In this document: piece by piece, positions 1 through 21,509 of the stretch
Numbering within the stretch: position 1 is the first letter of the stretch
Layout of the letters: every line of letters begins with the position of its first letter
From: the human T2T-CHM13v2.0 reference genome, Homo sapiens
NCBI RefSeq assembly: GCF_009914755.1
Contig: NC_060929.1
Reading direction: 5' to 3' (one strand)
Length of the DNA stretch: 64,000 nucleotides
Notes under the pieces: generated by a model
Database searches by the model: none
The model's input: only the letters and a program-made list of their open reading frames with translations
What the model was told of the DNA's origin: nothing
Program-made: the position numbers and the translations under genes

Positions 1-344
1 GCCAGAAAAAATATTTGATTTGTGGTGAGACTTTCCACCAATTCCTTCCAATTCAGTATTTTCTCTATCTTATGTAGGAAAGCATTACAAACCAGTATTA
101 AAAGCAAGATAAATACTTTAGGTATGATTTGGTCAGGTCTCAGCTAGGTACCGTGGATGGAATCTCAGATAACTCTGAGTCCTAGGACTTCATGTAGCCC
201 ATTTCTTTGAATGCTTTTTCTTCCTTCATTAAAGCTTTTTGCTCCTTTTATGTGATTGGCAAAAGCAATAAGGGACAAGCAGGCTTTCTCCCTTTTCACT
301 GACCAATTACGCAGTTATCAACATACGATTAAACATTTGTTTCC

Positions 345-3732
<3,388 letters not shown>

Positions 3733-3837
3733 TACTTTTAAAATTTAAATATAATTTTACAAACCCAAAACTTGTTAAAGTCATTAACATTTAAACTAAA
3801 TTTTTATTGAAATAATTATTTGAATACTTATCCCTAG

Positions 3838-3939
3838 AATATGTTCTTGGCAATTATTAATGATACCTATTCTGAAGTGAAAGCTGACTATTCAATAGGC
3901 AGAAGGCCAGATTTTGAACTTGGCAAAATGATTAAACAG
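3838..3939 (+). CDS. PKD2L2: PKD2L2 exon: end of S6 and TRP-like helix
   Basis: ctag|AAT...CAG|gtaagt; NMFLAIINDTYSEVKADYSIGRRPDFELGKMIKQ, phase 0-0, hallmark polycystin-2 NMFLAIINDTY motif. Confidence 0.96.
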
Positions 3940-5436
3940 GTAAGTCAAATTTCTTTCCTAATTAGAATTCTAAGACAAATCTCATATAGTTTATCCTCTT
4001 GTAGTTTGAATACCACTTAATTCCAAGTGGTCGTGCTCTCCCCACTCCCACCCCATCCCATCCGCAGGGTTTGTTTTGTGTTTTGATCCAGTGTTACTCA
4101 TATTCGCATTATTTCATTATTACAGAAGTGAGATATGCTCTCTGACTTCAAAAATGTAGCCAAAATTATTTCAGAGTTCAATATATCAAATAGTTATTGA
4201 GTGATTTCCTAAATGCAAAGCGCTGCTGAGTATTATAATAAAACCCTCTCTTCCTTCCGGAAAGTTTTTGCTCTGAATGCTGTTAAATTTCTATCAACAA
4301 TCTAAACTCAGAACTCCATGTGTCGTCTTCCTCATTTTCCTGTTTCTGTTCATGGCTACACTATCCTCTCAAGTCACTCCTGGCTCAAAAACCATGAAAA
4401 GAATTTGTTTCCTTGTCCCTTATATAGTCTATTGTCACGGCACATGTATAGTTTATCTCTGCAGTTCTTGCTTACATTTGTGGAATACTTTAAATTCTAA
4501 CTGCCACCACTAGATGAGGCTTTCAGTACTTTTCGCCCAGCCTTCACTATGGTAACATTTCCTGACTATTCTAGCCTCTTCCCTGTGCCAGTCCAGATGT
4601 GATTATCAGTTTCCCTAATCCTGTCAAGTCCGAATTCCTTACCTGAATATTCCAAATCCTCAAGTCTCACAGTCCTAACCTGTCTTCATTAACTATAATT
4701 TTACTATAGTCTCTACCTTTCTGCCTCTATTTACAATACTGTATGTCCCGGCTAATCTGTTTTGTGACGCTTATTCTCTCTCCTCTGAGCCTCTGCTCAA
4801 GTCATTCTCTGACCCCGGAAATATTCCTACAGCTCTTCTCTCTTGCTACCATTCTGTCCTGTCCTCTTCTCAGTATCTACCTCAGTTTGAGCTGTAGCAG
4901 AGTTATATGTGTACCAGTCACATCTCCCCTGCCAGTTTGGCCATCTCTGCATGCCCCATGTTTCTAAAGCATAGCACTTCACAGAGAAGAGGTCCTAGTA
5001 GCTGCAGGGTTAGTGGGGTTTACGAACTTTGTCCAAGAACTAATCTGTAAAACAAACCAAAAAAACTGTAAAGCTATCCCCCAATTAGTTTGCTTTTTTC
5101 CCCATCTTTTATCACTTGAATATGATGTTGGTTATATTCATTAAAAGTGTTAACATCCTTAACGCAATACATGTTAACGCTTTTTAAAGATTTTTGCTTT
5201 TTCCAAGTTCCAGAGTAATGCCCCCAACAGAAGAACCCCTTTTGGGTTTTCACCAGCAGGCGTAAACCATATGTAGCAATGAGGTGAAAGAAGGATAATC
5301 ATAGCATTTACCTCCACAGTCCTTTAGGGTAGCAATCCAGAGGGACAAGCATTCCATATTTATTTTACTTTGATAAAACATTAATAATCAAGGATATATT
5401 TTAATGCATTTTCAAACTATTTTAAATTATGCCCAG

Positions 5437-5501
5437 AGTTACAAAAATGTTCTCGAGAAATTCAGACTGAAGAAAGCTCAAAAAGATGAAGACAAGAAAA
5501 C
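5437..5501 (+). CDS. PKD2L2: PKD2L2 exon, cytoplasmic C-tail
   Basis: ccag|AGTTAC...AAAAC|gtaaga; SYKNVLEKFRLKKAQKDEDKK(T), phase 0-2. Confidence 0.92.
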
Positions 5502-6271
5502 GTAAGATGACTTCTCTCAAATGTTTAACTTACCATTTTAAAGTTCCACATTATATGAGAACCTTATAAGGTTTTTTTTGTTTTTTGTTTGTTTGTTTGT
5601 TTTAAATAGAGATGGGGTTTCACCATGTTGGTCAGACTGGTCTCAAACTCCTGACCTCAGGTGATCCCAAAGTGTTGGGATTACAGGCGTGAGCCACCGT
5701 GCCTGGCCATGAATAAGGTTTTAATTGCAAAACCACCACCAACCTATGTGGCGATTCTAAATACACCCAGTACACCCAGGAGTGCCTCCTAATTTCTGAG
5801 GACATCATGAAATTCTAGCTAATTTAAAATTAATATAATGCCTGCCATCCTACTCAGAAAAAGCTGTAAGAGAAAGCTGGAGGGGACCATAAAGTCCCTC
5901 TAAAAAGGTTAGAAACAATTTTAGTCTAAATTAAATGCATTTATTTGGCTATAAAAATAAAAACATTTACACACAATACTTACGGACAATACTTATACTT
6001 ACACTGTATTTACACTTGTATTTATTAAATGACTTTGGTGTCAAAATACTTCCCAAACCCAGAACTCTGGCAGTGGAACATAAACATTTTTTTCACAGTT
6101 AATGACATATGATACTCTGAAGAGCTTGTTAATGATCACATTTTCCAAATAATTAGCATTATCAGGAAGAAATATTATTCAGATCCTTACTACAGATCCG
6201 ATTGTACTTTATGGTGGCATTTCCTTTCTTATTGTCATTTGCCTCTGACTTTTATTTTATATTCTCAATAG

Positions 6272-6326
6272 CAAAGGCAGCGGAGATTTGGCTGAACAAG
6301 CCAGAAGAGAAGGCTTTGACGAAAAT
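6272..6326 (+). CDS. PKD2L2: PKD2L2 exon, C-tail
   Basis: atag|CAAAGG...GAAAAT|gtaaga; (T)KGSGDLAEQARREGFDEN, phase 2-0. Confidence 0.9.
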
Positions 6327-6859
6327 GTAAGATTTTAATTTTTTTCATAAACACTAGTGGTAGCTGTATTAGAAATATGCTCACAAAAACGCTCTGGTTA
6401 AGAATTGAAATGATTTGCTGTTTTTCAGAATAGTAATTGTCATCTCCAAATAAATCTCCCAGAATCTAGATCCTTTCATGTTTAGGACAAACCATTTGGA
6501 TTTCAGATGCTTCCTCTCTCCTACCTGTACTCTCAGCCAGATACGTAATCCTACAGGTGTACACTCACTGTGTGAGTATCACACTGGGTATTCATAGTGA
6601 GATATTTGATGACTTGATAACTTTTCTCTTCTAATCACTAATGTGATGAATTACTTTAACAATTTTGTATTTCAAAAATTGTAATATGTAACATATATCT
6701 GACAATAGCAGAATTTAAGGAACATATATGTTCCTTAAATATACTATTACCACTACCACTTAAAAAAAAAAAGTGAACCATTGCTCTACTTCTGGTCACC
6801 ACCTCTCCCCTCTAAATGCTCAGAAAGAAGGCAGCAGAATCAGGAGACTGTAATAAGCA

Positions 6860-8145
6860 AGCAAATAAATATTGAAGTTCTCATTTTCGGATAAAGGAAT
6901 TATACAAATGGAAAGGCTGAAGGTGAACTTTGTGGTGCTGGATTGGAATCTAGATCTATTTGCGTACATACATGTATTTTCTAGCTCTGTCCAATCCACT
7001 ATGAGGGCTAGAATGACACCCTAGTAGCAATGAGCACTAGTACCCAGATCTTGGCTTCCAAATAGCATTCTCCTCTAAAACCAACTGGGGCTCCTTCGAG
7101 GTCTCGCTAATTCCAGGGCTGGAAAGTACAGCTGCCTCTTGAACAACATGGGTTTGAACTGCACAGGTCCACTTAAATGCGTAATGTTTTAACCTGGATC
7201 AAAAATTTAGTATTTGCGGGCTAAGGAGGGCTGACTTTTCCCTATATGTGGGTTCTGCAGGGCCGACTGTGAGACTTGAGTATATGCAGATTTTGGTGTA
7301 CTTTGGGGTCTTGGAACCAATCCCCCATGTATACCAAAGGACAACTATACAAGATGAGTCTGGAATAGCTTATTGAGACATAAAGTAAAACTGCTCAAAG
7401 AATGATGGAGTATCTGTTAAAAGAATCAGTTTAAGGAGCTCAAGCTGGCCAAATTTGAGAATATTTAAGCATTATGATGAATAATGATTCATAACCCATT
7501 GAATAAAAGGATTCCATGAATGAGACGTTTACAGACCTCTCCACCAAATACTTATTACAAAAAGAAAAGCAGTCATGTTAGGGTGGAGAAAGTCTAACAG
7601 CACCTTAATCAAGTAAGTGACCACTATCAACACTGAAACAAATGGAAATTATATGCTGCCTGATAGGAGGCCATGAGAATTAGCATCCTTTCTGTGACAT
7701 CCTTGTCAAAGACATATAATCTTAACCTAAATCATGACAAAATTTAAATTGAGGGACATTCTACAAAATAACTGGCCTGTTCTTCAAAAGTGTCAAGTCA
7801 TGAAGTCAAGGTAAAGCTGAGGAACTATTCCAGATTAAATGAGATTAAAATGATATGTCAAGTAAATACAATACATAATCATGGACTGGATAATTTTCCT
7901 ATAAAGGCATCATTGGGGCAACTGATAAACTTGAAAGAGAGACAGAGGATTAGATGGTAATAATCTATGAATATTAATTTTTTATTCTGATGGTTATACT
8001 ATAATTATAAAAGAGGATGTCCTTGTATGCAGGAAATACAGACTGAAGTATTCAGGGATGATGGAGCATTCGTGTTGGTGGCTTTCAAATACTTCAGGAG
8101 GAAAAAATATTTGTATTGTTCTTGTAACTTGTATCTAAATTTGGT
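6860..8145 (+). mobile_element. Old L1MC-type 3' end, interrupted by MER8
   Basis: AAATTGAGGGACATTCTACAAAATAACTGGCC and GGAAATACA...GTATTCAGGG motifs typical of L1MC 3' ends. Confidence 0.6.
7129..7347. mobile_element. MER8-like (TcMar-Tigger) MITE
   Basis: CAGCTGCCTCTTGAACAACATGGGTTTGAACTGC...GGACAACTA, flanked by TA dinucleotides. Confidence 0.75.
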
Positions 8146-8339
8146 ATTTGTTTTTGAGACCAAACCCAGATAATTTTTGTATTTTTAGTAGAGACCAGGT
8201 TTCACTACGTTGGCCAGGCTGGTCTCGAACTCTTTACCTCCTGCCTGGCCTAAATTTGATATTCTTTAAAAAAAATCAGGCCGGGTGCGGTGGCTCACGC
8301 CTGTAATCCCAGCACTTTGGGAGGTGGAGGTAGACCATT

Positions 8340-12470
<4,131 letters not shown>

Positions 12471-12534
12471 TACCGGGCATGGTGGTTCATACCTGTAATC
12501 CCAGCACTTTGGGACACTTGAGGCGGGTGGATCA

Positions 12535-12790
<256 letters not shown>

Positions 12791-12799
12791 CTACATCTA

Positions 12800-14640
12800 A
12801 CAATCAGAGCCCACTCAGAAAGAAACCATAATATGTATTTCAAATAGAGAAAATATACTACAGTGAATTGATTACTACACAGGTATTAAAAGACAGAAAA
12901 AAGTGAAATGATAACACTGAGACAACTCATAAATAATGACTGCAGGAAGAGGTTACCACTCCTAGGGCTAAGATTACAAAAGGTGGTGTTACTAGAACCT
13001 ACTATCTTAGAGAAGGGGCTTGTGGAGCTGTTGCTCAGTCCTGTGATGAGAAGGTACCTCACTGCTGCTGCTGATAAAGGTTAAGTATTCTTTATCCAAA
13101 ATGCTTGGGACCCAGAAGTGTTTTAGAGTTCAGATTTTTTTTGGATGTTGGAATATCTGCATTATATACCTACTGGTTCCGCATTCCTAATTCAAAAATC
13201 TGAAATCCAAAATGCTCCAGTGAGCATTTCCTTTGAGAGTCATCGAGGTGCTAAAGTTTTGGATTTTGAACACTTCAGATTTCCGATTAGGGATACTCAA
13301 TCTGTACTTCTTGAGTGGGTGTGATGAGGCTGCTTCTGAGTATGCCAAAAGCAGCTAGATGCTACAGCTAGAGCCACTGTTGCTGGAGATAACTACCATT
13401 GCATAAGCAGTGCCAATAGAAACAGAACAAAAAACAAAACAAACCAAAAAAAAAAAAAAAAACCCACGACCTTTCTCCCCTCTATCCTGCAAATACTGGC
13501 AGAATCTAACAGGAATCCAGGTATTAACAGTTTAGGGAATGAAGCTTACAAAGCCTAAAACCCAACATCACAGAGTATAAGAGGGTAAATTTTGAGCTGA
13601 ACAGTTGGTCCATTCCACTCTTGTGGCATACACATTTGCACTTCCATAAAATGATGATTCCAAGCTTCTATCCAGTAAGATCAAACTATCCTTTATACAA
13701 ATGAAGGTACTTTCACCTTCTCCCTAAAAAGGGAGAAGCAAAGTCCCAACAGTAATTGTATCCATCTGTGGATATTATGACCTCTTCTAGTTGAATCACA
13801 ATTCCTTAAGAATACTTTGCAACCTAATGTTTAAACTACAGTTAGCCACCACCAGTATTCCTTAGATAAAGGAGAAAGAAAATATACACATAACAAGCAA
13901 AGAAGGAAATAGGAATAGGGCTACAGTCTTTGTTTCTGTAACAGATTACAAGGCTACAGTTGGTATTTATAACTTCCTTCTCCTACCCATTCCGTATCAT
14001 TCCCTTTGCCTACAGCCAAGAGCTCAGCCAGCTGCATTAGGAATAACCTTAATTAGTTCAGAATCTGAACTCTCAGTGGTCCTGCCTTTAACAGAATGCT
14101 GTGGTTTCCCATTACCTTTTACTTTTGGACATCTAAGTATTAAGAGGCATACCAGAGAATCCCTTGGGCACAGTCTGCTCTGTGCTAGTTTGTGGCAGTA
14201 ATCCAATTTCCCCTTGGTAATTCGCATCAATCACCTCAACACATAAATAACCACTTCTTTCCCTGCTGGTTCTGTAGGCATGAGGAATCCCAAACGGTCA
14301 AGTGGCAGTCTCAAATTCAGTTTAAGTCAATTGTTGTGCCCCTTGGTGGAAGCATGCAATCTATGAGGGTCTATTTCTTTGGGTCTCCCCTGCTACCAAT
14401 TATTCATCAGTTAAGAGTTGTCAGAAAAACAGAAATCACTTAGGTAATTTAAAAAGAGGGAGTTTGGTATACAGAATTTGCTTCTGAGATATTGCAGGAG
14501 TGTAAGGGCCAATATGAACATGAAGATCATCCAGAGACAACTAACTGCAGGAGGCAGCTACCACAAGGGAAGGTGGTAGGGCGAGCAGGACGTAGGAGCT
14601 TGGAGCAAGGGTCACCAAAGAGTTGGTGCTCAGCTTATGA
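12800..14640. mobile_element. Old MaLR/ERVL-like LTR and internal remnants
   Basis: MLT-like motifs (CAGAAAGAAACCA..., TCAGAAAAACAGAAATCACTTAGGTAATTT); subfamily not resolvable by eye. Confidence 0.35.
13077..13304. mobile_element. Tigger4/MER46 (Zombi) MITE
   Basis: AGGTTAAGTATTCTTTATCCAAAATGCTTGGGAC...GGGATACTCAATCTG terminal inverted repeats. Confidence 0.75.
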
Positions 14641-14921
14641 GGAAAGGTACCACTTCCCTCTAAGTGTCAAGGAAGGCTTCACAAAAAGAGTGATGGCTGA
14701 GACGGGTTTTTAAAATAAGTTTACTATGCATAGTCTATTTTACTTTTATTACTAATACATCCACTTTATAATTGGCCTGGTCATTTAGAAATGGTTTCAG
14801 GGACTACCACTTTAGCACATTAAAAGTATTAGTAAATGAGCCAAACCATGGGTGCTATAATGTGTCCAAAACAAAACTAGGATTGAAAGCCATCCTTTCC
14901 TACTTCGAATATGTTCGTTTA

Positions 14922-15300
14922 AGGCTGGGCGCGGTGGCTCGCACCTGTAATCCCAGCACGTTGGAAGGCCGACGCAGGCGGATTACTTGAGGCTGGGAGT
15001 TCAAGACCAGCCTGGCCAACATGGCGAAACCCGTCTCTACTAAAAAAAAATACAAAAATTAGCCAGATGTGGTGGTGCACGCCTGTAATCCCAGCTACTC
15101 GGGAGGCTGAGGAAGGAGAATCCTTTGAACCTGGGAGGGGTGGTTAGCATTCAACTTCCACATCGAATGCTAAGATTGTGCCACTGCACTGCAGCCTGGG
15201 TGACAGAGTGGGAGGCTGCAGTGAGCCGAGATCGTGCCACTGCACTCCAGCCTGGGTGACAGAGTGAGACTGTCACACACACACACAAAAGAAAAAAAAA
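14922..15300 (+). mobile_element. Alu with an internal hairpin insertion and duplicated right-arm segment
   Basis: Alu consensus interrupted at about 15139-15210. Confidence 0.9.
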
Positions 15301-16192
15301 TGTTGGTTTAAAGAAAGGCACTCTCTAAGATAGTTTCTCTGACCAGAAGAGTACACACTTATCAAGCAACCACAGAGTGTATGGCACTAGGCATCACCAT
15401 CCTCTCTGAGGAAGGTAATCATAACCCTTATAAAGGGATCCACTTTGCTACCTAGCATTATTGCTGGAGCAGGGAAGTATCATACAAATTTACTGAGAAG
15501 GTTTTGAATCACATCTGGGTGCATTGTCTCCTCTTTACCTTTTTCTAGTGCTATGGTTATTTTCCACAACACACAGGCCCTTTTTATCTGTAGCTGGGAA
15601 AAGGGTATTTGGACATTGTAAGGAAAGCAGGTGGTAGTGAGAACAGTGCACAGGAAGGTTCAGCAATACAAATTTTGTGGTACAAAGGGCTTGTTTTTGG
15701 ATACGTAGACAGACTGGAGTACACACATTGACTAACCAATGCAGTAATTACAAAGAGGGGGTTTTGAAGTCATCTGACTGAGAAGCTGCTGGGAAGGCCA
15801 AAAATACCCACAGATACACTTTGAATCTAATTACTAGTTACATTTGCTAAATAACAGAGGTACAGAAAGAACATCTTAGCTTTGATCACAAGAAAGAGAA
15901 AATAATTTAGATGGAGATGCTAAAGGGAAAAGGCAGTGAAATGTAATTTATAATTTGTTTACAAAGCTTCCCTAACTATGCTAGACAGCAATTACACCAA
16001 TCAAGTCCTCTGAAGTGACTTTGCTGATGCACAGATCTAAAATCTAGGCAGGGCAAAAAGTCAGCAGGGCTCAAAATCTGAGGGCTGGAGAGGAGAACAG
16101 CTTAAGATCCTCAATCCTGTGATGCTTGTGTGCCAAAGACTTGAAATAGAGAACTAAAGATTGCAGCCTTTACTTGTCCTCTACCCTGACAG

Positions 16193-16305
16193 GAGATTCA
16201 AAACGCAGAGCAGATGAAAAAATGGAAAGAGAGGCTTGAGAAAAAGTATTATTCTATGGAAATTCAAGATGACTACCAGCCTGTCACTCAAGAAGAATTT
16301 CGAGA
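16193..16305 (+). CDS. PKD2L2: PKD2L2 exon, C-tail
   Basis: acag|GAGATT...CGAGA|gtaagc; EIQNAEQMKKWKERLEKKYYSMEIQDDYQPVTQEEFR, phase 0-2. Confidence 0.92.
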
Positions 16306-16715
16306 GTAAGCTTATGTTCTAACCAGACTATTATGGGATATCATGACATGCGCATTAAGGACATGAGTTAAACACATTATTTTCCTGAACCCAAAACTTT
16401 ACTCTATTAGGATGCCTTTATTTACTTTCTATCCAGTTTTAAAGTTGCATATGACTCCATTTGCTTACAAGGTGAGAAGCTTTTGATTACATCCCTGTTA
16501 TCTCTAAATAACAGAAACTGCCATCTATATTTGATTTGCATAACAGATCCTGTTCTCCACATAGCTTTAGAATATTAGATCTATAACTGGCCACAAGAGG
16601 CATGTTTTAGGAGCTTACAATTCTATCTTCCCAAAGCATTTCGCACTAGTAACTTGCTGTCTATACATGAAAGTGTATTACTGACTCATTCTCTACTTCC
16701 TTCGAAATTTTCTAG

Positions 16716-16806
16716 ACTTTTTTTATATGCTGTGGAGCTGGAGAAGGAATTACACTACATCAATTTGAAGCTAAATCAAGTGGTGAGAAAGGTTTCAGCT
16801 CTATAG
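16716..16806 (+). CDS. PKD2L2: PKD2L2 last coding exon of the long isoform (putative coiled coil); exon continues as UTR to a donor at 16823
   Basis: ctag|ACTT...; (E)LFLYAVELEKELHYINLKLNQVVRKVSAL*, TAG at 16804-16806; GAG|gtaaga donor 17 nt after the stop. Confidence 0.9.
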
Positions 16807-16827
16807 TATTGAGACAAGTGGAGGTAA

Positions 16828-17150
<323 letters not shown>

Positions 17151-18373
17151 CATTGAGCATTTCTTATTCATGTATTACTTCATAAACTTGTGCCCTTTTC
17201 AGGCACACTTTAAAAAGTACTCAACAACCTATCATCAAACTATCCTTAGGGTCAGAATGAAGTGCCTCTGACAGGGACTCACTATACAATCCATGCATAT
17301 TATGACAAGCCTCCAGTATACACACACTGGTACAAAGGATTTTATAATGAGGTTTATTATCAAATTCTAGAAAAGTGAAAGTACAAGAAAATGCTTCTAG
17401 TTCAGGCGGCAGGTCTCCAGTAGTTCAGTCAGTAGGTAGAGAAAGACAGTTTTCTCATAGTTACAGAGTAGAAAAACTATTGATGCTATCAAGTGCGTCA
17501 GGTACCATGTTCTGAATTCCTTTGGCCACAGATAAATTAATAAAGGCTTAGGATTCTGGGAAACCATTATATAAGACCCAAGTAAAGTAACCTCCCTCCA
17601 TTCTTTAGAATTTGAAGCCTTCTGGAAAAAGCCAAAGTGTAGAACAAACTCCCCAGCCACCTACAGAAATCTCACTAACATCTTCAAACTGGAAATTTAC
17701 CTAGACCATTTCTAAGGTGTAATGCATTTAAGGTTTCCCAAAAATAAAATACAGAGCAGGGTAGGCGTATCACTGTCATAAGTTATGTTTGGAAAGTGTA
17801 AATGAGGATGCTGTAACAGCCTTATTTGGAGGGTTGGAAAGTTGTGTGTGGCTGGCATTTTGGAAATTGGAGAGAAACTCTTCTAATTTTTCTAGGCTAT
17901 GTAAGCCCCCCTACGATAGCCATATGTTCTCTTAGCCCAAGCAACATCATTTGACCTCAGCACTCAACTTCCACATTGATGCTCAATAGTTCCTGAATTT
18001 TAAAACTCAAATATAAAGACATTTTTAGATTACTACTCACCTTCCTCAGGACAAGCTCTTCTCTTAAGAGACTGTACATCCAGTGTTCTTAATAGGATAA
18101 TTCATTGTAACAAGAAATGCTAACTGTTCTCTCTGCGGCTTCTCCCTAGATCTGCACAAGGGAATGAACAACATGGCCTTTCCCTGTCTTACCATTTCCC
18201 AGAGTTGTAGCCAGCCAAATAGTTTAGTGACCCTGTTGTTCCCTACCATCGCCCCTGGGTGGGATCATTTAAACAAAGCCTAAGCTGAGGGAACACTTGA
18301 GGTCTTTTTTTTTTTTTTAAGCCCAGTGGAAAAACAAACATACATTTACAATGACTTAGAACTTTCAAGTTCT

Positions 18374-18379
18374 TTTATT
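18374..18379 (-). terminator. FAM13B poly(A) signal AATAAA
   Basis: TTTATT on +; on - it is followed by TGTAAATGTATGTTTGTTTTT (GU/U-rich element); a second AATAAA lies at 18474-18479. Confidence 0.75.
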
Positions 18380-20485
18380 ATAAAAGTCTGTACAATGAAG
18401 TGCCAGACACAGCAATGCCATTATACTGGTGGACATATATATCTATATATTATTTGTATATAGATATACAGTTTTTATTTGTACCAAAGTAAAACTATCA
18501 CCAACTGCCTAATTCTACCAGCTACTGCTCAACTATGACACACAATACTGTCACAGAGCATAAGTGCTGCCATGCCACTTTTACATATTCTACTCACAGC
18601 CAAACATTAACATTGAATAACATATTGAAGCAGCTGTTAATTCTAAAATGAAACCAGTCAGACCACTGACTTATAAAAATATGGTACTCATATAGATTTA
18701 GCATTATAAAGAAGGAATATATTATTTAAAACATTTAAATAGTGCATATGGACATTTTTGCATGTGGTATATAAAATAAAACATTCATATAAGATACACA
18801 GTGCACATAAAATTAGATGTTTGGATACACTCCTATCTGGAGACTGAAGGAAATTATCTGAAATGTACACTGCATGATGGATTCAAATAAAAATGATACA
18901 TCTTTTGGTATTTTCAATTTCACTTTTCTAGGTATACATTATGAATAACCTAGTTGTATCAAAAGGAAACCACACAAAAAGGGCAGGATTTAGTGCTTTT
19001 CTTTATTCCCCAACTACACATTCACTACCAGGTTTTCCCTCACCCCCCACCCCCCAGAAAAAGGCATTGCACACACGGGTGAAATGTGAAGTACTAGAAC
19101 TGCTATTTATTATCAAACTACTTCATGTGCTTACTATGTAATAGTGCCAGAAGTCTGAGGTTCATGCTTCCCTCACCTTATTAAAGGATGTTGCAAAATT
19201 CCATTTTTATATGGAATAAATTGTTAATATTAGCTAGTTAAGAAAACCATGCATGAGTCATTGCATGCAAAACATGGGTATAGTCAAAGTGAGACAGTCA
19301 TCAATCCAAAAAAGCACCAGAAAAAAAAGTTAACACTTAGATTAAGCCTGACCCAAATCTGCTGTTGTACTGTTAGCACAAATGAAGTCACCATTCTGTA
19401 ACAATGATTAGCAGAATGATACCGAGACAGTACCTGAAGAAAAGCCATGCAAAGCCAAAGGAAAAAAAGATATGCTAAGAGTATATGACAAGGGGCATAC
19501 CACTACACATCCTGTAAACAGCTGCTTTAAACAGCATGTTATGATTGACCAAAGGGTGGTCCCTTAAGAGGGCGTTGTTGTCGTTGTTTTGGTATGGATT
19601 TTGCTGATTAAAATAGGAGGGGAAAAAAAAAAAGATAACCCCCTGAAGGTACATGTGAAAATGCAGTGGTAGAGCCCTTGTTAAGAACAGATTTACTTTA
19701 GGCATAATATTTTGCTGATTTAAGCCCATTGATTGAACACACAAATCTGAGCACCATCAGAGTTCCTACATACTGACATGGCTATTTTCTCACATTATCT
19801 GGAGGTGGGTTGGGGAATAGCACGGATCTGATCCAGACAAATCACACCATTGCCAGCGGATAAACAGTAACTCAGGAAACAGTAACTGAAGTCCCATAGG
19901 CAGCACGTGGTATGATTCAGTTCTGTGTGTGATGTGTGGTGTGTGTTTTCAATATACTAAGCGAGGTCACCTTTTGGTCTACCAACTGTTATCTTCATCC
20001 GGGAGCTGTGTGACCAGCGAATTGCAAAATTTTACTAACATACTACCTGTGAGAAGATGTCACTTTGGGAATTAAACAGAAAGGTGTTCCATAGTACGAC
20101 TTGAAATCTCAGTTTGATTTTGGTTTTCTAGGAAAACAGAGAACACAGTTGCGTATGTGCACTTTTATAGGCTTTTCTTTCAAATTTTCAGTCATTCTGT
20201 AAGAAAAAGGCAACAGAAGAATTCAGTATGAAGATTTTCCTCCAATTTTCTTCAGTAATGAGAAACAAAAAGTTGGTAATAACAAAAAGCTTGCATTTCC
20301 AAAGTTCTTGAAGTTGAAAGGATAAAATTCCAGTCTTTTGCTAAAAGGATGTATCTGTAGTACAAAACAATGAAGTAAACCATATGTTTGCTAAAGGTGG
20401 AGAGGACAGTCTGTGGTTAATATGGAACATCACTTACGCTCCCTTGAGAGGGCCTACTTACTCTCCCATCATTTGTTTTGTTTAG

Positions 20486-20543
20486 TGGCACCACAACCAA
20501 GTACAAAATGAGATTCTCTGAGTGCCTGACAAAACGAATTTAA
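20486..20543 (+). CDS. PKD2L2: PKD2L2 alternative last coding exon, antisense within the FAM13B 3'UTR
   Basis: ttgttttgtttag|TGGCACC...; phase-2 match to the 16305 donor gives (D)GTTTKYKMRFSECLTKRI*; matches my recollection of a shorter PKD2L2 isoform C-terminus. Confidence 0.75.
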
Positions 20544-20620
20544 GTACCAGCCAAGTACACACGATGATAGCTTCAAGGAATACAACTGACTTTATGATAT
20601 GAATTTTCAAGGAACGTATC

Positions 20621-20773
<153 letters not shown>

Positions 20774-20846
20774 CTAGAGATCATTTGGAAAAAAAGATCC
20801 AAAAGTTGTCTTAATATGAGACATACTGTTACTAAACATAAGTTCA

Positions 20847-20852
20847 AATAAA
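20847..20852 (+). terminator. AATAAA poly(A) signal for the PKD2L2 alternative last exon
   Basis: AATAAA about 14 nt before a genomic A-run at 20866-20880 (internal priming caveat). Confidence 0.55.
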
Positions 20853-21272
20853 AAGTTGTTCTGTTAAAAAAAAAAAAAAAGGTTATTGAACTAATACCCT
20901 CATCCCCAAGGAACACTTCTAAAATTTTTGATGGACTTCTCTACTGATAGATTAAATGATGCTATACTTATAAATAATCAACATAGATAACTGGAGGAAA
21001 CCCAGTATTTTAACAGGACATCCAGTGCTAGACTCTGCCAGGTCTGTGAGTGTCTATTAAGTGTTGGAGGCTACACTGAGTCATTTAATACATTTAGTTA
21101 ACTGCGGCTCCAGTGAATTGAGATGTAAAAGTAAACTATCTTATCTGCAACAAGAGTAATTTTCTAACTTTATAGTAATGACCCAATGCAATTCAGTTTA
21201 ATCGCTAGCTAAAGCATCAAACTATCCTAACTATAAGCAAAATTTTCTCCCAATAATACAATGAAACAGTAG

Positions 21273-21509
<237 letters not shown>

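Larger units (their letters stand above)
18355..20620 (-). other. FAM13B: FAM13B 3'UTR (about 2.3 kb)
   Basis: Repeat-free AT-rich stretch from the FAM13B stop to an AATAAA with a GU-rich downstream element. Confidence 0.8.
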
